Positions 59,674 through 64,000 of a stretch of 64,000 nucleotides of DNA are shown here, piece by piece. A model generated the notes under the pieces. It saw nothing but the letters and a program-made list of their open reading frames with translations, had not been told where the DNA came from and searched no databases. Position 1 is the stretch's first letter, and each line of letters begins with the position of its first letter. This stretch comes from Pavona decussata (taxonomy: Eukaryota): the NCBI GenBank assembly GCA_977016875.1, contig CDRNST010000036.1:4960001-5024000 (forward strand), read 5' to 3'. Made by a program: the position numbers and the translations under genes.

Positions 59674-61689
59674 GTAAGTCGGTGTTGACATTTAAAAAAG
59701 GACAGTGATTACTAGAAAAAAATAACTGCTCATTGCATGTGTATATAAGGTCATAACAACACATGAGTTTCTAATTCCCTCCCGTTTCATTGAACTTATG
59801 GTCTTGGATCAAACTCTGTGAGTTTATTTTTATGGCTTTCACCAACCTTGTATTTGCATTTGCAGCATCTGTTAGCGTTTTAGCTTGGTACAATCAAGGT
59901 ATTATGTAAGCTTTGTAAAGGTTTGTGCGAGTACCTTTTATTTCCTGAAATTTAATACATGCCGCGCATCGAGATTTGCTCTCTTTGTGAATGGAAGGCT
60001 TTCCGGCGTTAAATGCGACTAAGTAATACGATTTAAAACAAACATAGGGTGAATTCGTATATGGTAACACGCGGAACAGTCAAGAATGCGCGGCATGAAT
60101 TTCCAATTGTGTGCATGCTGTTATGTTTTTAAATTGAATTGAACACACAACAGAAAGGAGCAACAAATACAGTTTTGTTTAATTGTAATGTTTTCTCAAC
60201 TGAACGGGAGCAATCAATCTTTCTCCACCCCCCTTAAACTGTCACATTTTTACTATTTGTAGCCCCGACACGCAATTTTATAAACTTGTTTTCTGAAAAG
60301 TTTTACTTGTCTTTCTCACAAAACACGTGCATGTAATATTTCAAGATTTGAAACAAATCTATACACACAAACAGTAAATTGAACTTGAACCACTTGTTGT
60401 TTGGTGCGTGCACTTGTTATTGCTCTTCGCATAAACGTTTTACTATTCTTATGAGCATATAATAAATGGGTTGTACGAATTCCTCTAATATTACTTGTAT
60501 ACCAAATTATAATTTCTCACGCAACAAAAGTAATGGAATCATGACAAATCCGTTAGAAGCCAGTACCCACACCATATGTCTAGTCTTAAGAGTCACTAGT
60601 GATGACCCAGTCAACTCCAGTGAAGTCGATGATGAAAAATAAACCAAGATTTTTCTCTTTGTGTTAAACAATAGTGTTTGTAAAAATAGCTCAATTCATT
60701 ACATTCATTTAGAATAGTTATTTATATCACTTTATTTCCATAACGTGTATTTCATAAAACTCAAAACTTGGATTTCAATATTTTCCTAATCTTCTGGCCT
60801 GTGACTGAAAAACGTAGTTCAACGTTGAGAGCCGGAACATCTAAGACATAATTTTAAGGTTCTCAAAAACCGAACAAAACAGTTCTTAGTAAAGAACGTA
60901 TTTTATTTGTAAACATTTGGCTGGTTTCACTAGCACAAGTTACGCGCAGTATTATTATCATTCACGTTGAGCGTAACTCAGTGGGGCGACTCCGGAAACA
61001 CGGCTATTCGTACACTTGGACAAAGTCCAGTCTCTGGCCTTTTCAGTCCCTTTCATTTTGCTAACGCTCTTCTCAGTTCTGAAACTAAAAGTTAGATTCA
61101 CAGTAGGAAGGGCTTGAAAGATAAGTTAACTTTTTCCACGACTTTGTCTTTTAACCTATAGCTACACAGAAGCGCTGAAAGAACTGATAAATTTCAATGT
61201 ACTATTTATACCATACATATCGACTGATAAACTTTGCGATAAAGGAGCAAATAGGTGCCCTGAATACGTGCACTGATAAATTATATTCGGTGATTTAAAA
61301 GACATTGAATCACTACCAGTGAGCAATTTAACTTACTGCTAGTACTAATACGGAATCAGTCAGAATCGTGAAGTTCCATCCAGTCGGACTCAACATTTGA
61401 GCCACTGTCTACAGCATTGGATTGGTCCTACCCGGGGGAAATGTTTTGTGCATAATGATTACATTATAAATTTTTATCCTTAGGATCAAAGTTTACGGTA
61501 AATTACATGCACTGCTTAACAGTTTTCATGGTTTGAAGAATGCCGGTTTTTTGATCATGCTATTAGTTTGAACCAAACTAATTCAAGTTAGTTTAGCGCG
61601 GTTGACCCTGAAAACCCGCCCTGGAAGTGAAAAGGGTGGAAATACAAATAAATTCAATTGTTCTTCCCTTCCCTTCCCTTCCCTTCCAG

Positions 61690-61847
61690 CAGAGGACAAA
61701 CACAAAGAACTGGATAAGGATGATGACGAGAAGAGGCTGTTAAACTTCGTGTTCAGCAAATATGACTCTGAACTTCGCCCCGTTCTTAAGAAAGGAGACA
61801 CTGTTCGCGTAAAGTTTGGTATCTCGCTCCATCAAATTATTGAAGTG
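61690..61847 (+). CDS. Cys-loop ligand-gated ion channel (nAChR-like) subunit, exon 2; gene continues beyond the window
   Basis: EKRLLNFVFSKYDSELRPVLKKGDTVRVKFGISLHQIIEV|GTGAGT matches the nAChR N-terminal pattern E.RL...L...Y....RPV......V.V.FG..L.QII.V. (CTTCC)n polypyrimidine tract and CAGCAG acceptor. Confidence 0.9.
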
Positions 61848-64000
61848 GTGAGTATTACTAACTCTTGAGATTTCTAATCGTTTATTTAGCTTGCTAGCTT
61901 GTTTGTGTCAACACTTGCAAGAGTAATGTAAAGTCGGCTCAAAGACAGTTTTTTAAATGGGCTCTGCAATAATGTTCTAAGTTCTGAAGCTGTGAACGAA
62001 ATTCTGAGAAGTGGCCATCTTGGTTGGGTGTCAGATGAAATCCTTTCTAAATAGTCACCATTTAGGGCAACGGGTCTGATTGAACAGTAGTGCGTTGTAA
62101 TTGCTGTTCATTTGTAGTTAGTCTCATTGCGAAGAAACGTTACTTTGTTCAAGGTCAATGGATCGAACATAAACACATCTTAGAAGGCGGCGCTGAAAGT
62201 TTATGGTCTCTTTTGTTGTAAAGTTTCTCGTTGACCTTCATAGTCAAGCAATAACAAAACAACTCTGCATGCAAACATTTCACAACTAGAGTGGATTTTC
62301 GATTCTCGCAACCATTTCAGTTCTTACTGCCTAAAAATTTACATCTATTACTACTGAAACTGAAGAATATTAGTTTCTTGACTGAACAAACAAAAAATCT
62401 GCACCAAAAAATCTGCACCACTGACCTGACGTGCCATCCTGGAATGTACATTATAAATGAACACTAACCAAATTATTGCCTGAAGACAAACTGCTTATCT
62501 CCAACGCTAGCAAAGTAGTCCAAAATTGGATCCCGAAATGCAAACATTTTAAATAGCCCTTGGGGAAATAAAAACACCGATAAAAAAGCTTATCTATGCA
62601 TTATCACGTAGAATTTGGGGGGCCCGATAATGGAGCTTCTATTAATTAGTTTTATCAGGAACAAAAAAATTTGGAGTTTGTTTTGTGTCAATAAACAGAC
62701 AACTGAACAACTCAGCCAAAAATGTGAAGACTACAATACCAGTGGACAAGAACCGCTTGGGCTGAATGAAAATGAAGTGCTTAAACTGGCTAGAAATTAA
62801 TAGTCCTTCAAAACGATTAAAAAGACAATTATGAAATAACTTAAGTAAAACTTAACAGTAAAGGGGATGATCAGGGTGGGAGAATATTGAAAATAAATTT
62901 CCCATATGATCCCTATTACGTAATCAGCAATAATCACCACGAACTGTGAAGTGTGATCATTGCATAATCGGAACGAGACACAATGGAAGCGCCCTCGGCT
63001 GTTGACTCCTTGTTAGCTCAACTGGAAGTGTAAACTTTAGAGTAAAAACGCAGTAATAATAGTGGCTTGAAAGGGTCGAACGGAACACCTAAAGATATTT
63101 GAAGGCTAAATGGAAGAATGGATTGAGAGGCTGATAGCAGTCATAGCAGGAGAAGGTCGATCGAAAAACCTAATTTCCAGGATGGGAAGCTTCATGCGTG
63201 TTAATCTTGGAATATTTGAATTCACGTTTCAGCATTTACTTTATTCTGCATTATAACAAGGCATCGCTATTAACTGTGGTCAGAGTGTCAGAAGGGTGGT
63301 TTGGTAATCTTGCCAGAAAAAAAAAATAAGTGGGCAAAACATTGTCAAATTTAGAGACTACACTGGTTGAAGCAAAACTGTTCTTTTGGACGGGTGTATT
63401 TTGTAAGTGTTGAGAAAACTTGGAAACGTATCACTAAATAGAAAAGTAATTCGAAAGTGAAACTGGCCAGTAACATACAGTAGAACTTCGTTACCTCAAT
63501 TTTCGTGGGGGCTAGGATTAAGGAAGAAGGACCCTGGGGCCAGATCCACAAAGCCCTCTTATGTATGGTTTCTGAACAATTGTCTATTCGGTTATAATGA
63601 CAATGGAATACTGTTAAGAAACATTCGTGAATCTGACTCGAGATAACAATTACTGAAAATATTTTACTGTTGTCAAAAATACTAAATTTAAAGTAGGGAA
63701 TCACAATGCTCGTATCCAGTTAACGCCTATGTTGCCTATTAATAAACAAAAACGTTTATTGAACCGCGTGTGAACCTTGAAGTCTACATTGCTTATCAAG
63801 CGGCCAAGCCAGTGTAGTATATGCGATTGAATAACTTTGAAACGAAGAGGAAACACATATTGCAATTGAGCTTCACAATCGAAAATTTTATTTTAAACTT
63901 TCTTTACGCAAGTCTTAATAATAAGTTGTTTAAATGACTGCCTGTCATGCCCAGCCTACCACCATTCGTTTGAAGGTAGCTAAAAACATCCTCCTCTTGC

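Noticed and set aside
62000-64000. Third exon of the Cys-loop channel (expected to begin D-E-K/R...)
   Set aside because: No matching exon was found; it presumably lies beyond the window.

Overview
Eukaryotic, AT-rich, intron- and repeat-rich animal DNA. The repeat landscape and gene content suggest a cnidarian, probably a stony coral (inference, not tested). Five protein-coding loci are supportable. (1) An intronless 534-aa Ser/Arg-rich protein (5169-6773, -) with an N-terminal coiled coil and a C-terminal CRYLR motif. (2) A complete 8-exon T-box gene of the Tbx15/18/22 subfamily (20129-32009, +, 439 aa, with an eh1 motif). (3) A 2-exon class A GPCR with non-canonical motifs (36415-39488, -, 373 aa) whose intron contains a 128-N assembly gap. 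(4) A 387-aa apparent paralog of gene 1 (45613-46776, -), followed by what may be a decayed 3' coding tail. (5) The first two coding exons of a Cys-loop (nAChR-like) channel subunit (from 59610, +). The rest is mostly mobile DNA: a 5.1-kb nest of four inverted-repeat elements (10360-15504), two hAT derivatives (one with a 5-bp TSD), many MITEs, tRNA-derived SINEs, LINE ends, and Penelope-like fragments with minimal hammerhead-ribozyme-like motifs. The most unusual observations are a tRNA-headed element that occurs as a partial tandem and as TSD-flanked fold-backs centred on its B-box, the nested elements sharing TAGGCC termini, and the paralog pair with a decayed CRYLR tail. No CRISPR array, rRNA or convincing functional tRNA was found. 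All calls are from reading the sequence by eye; no database search was run.
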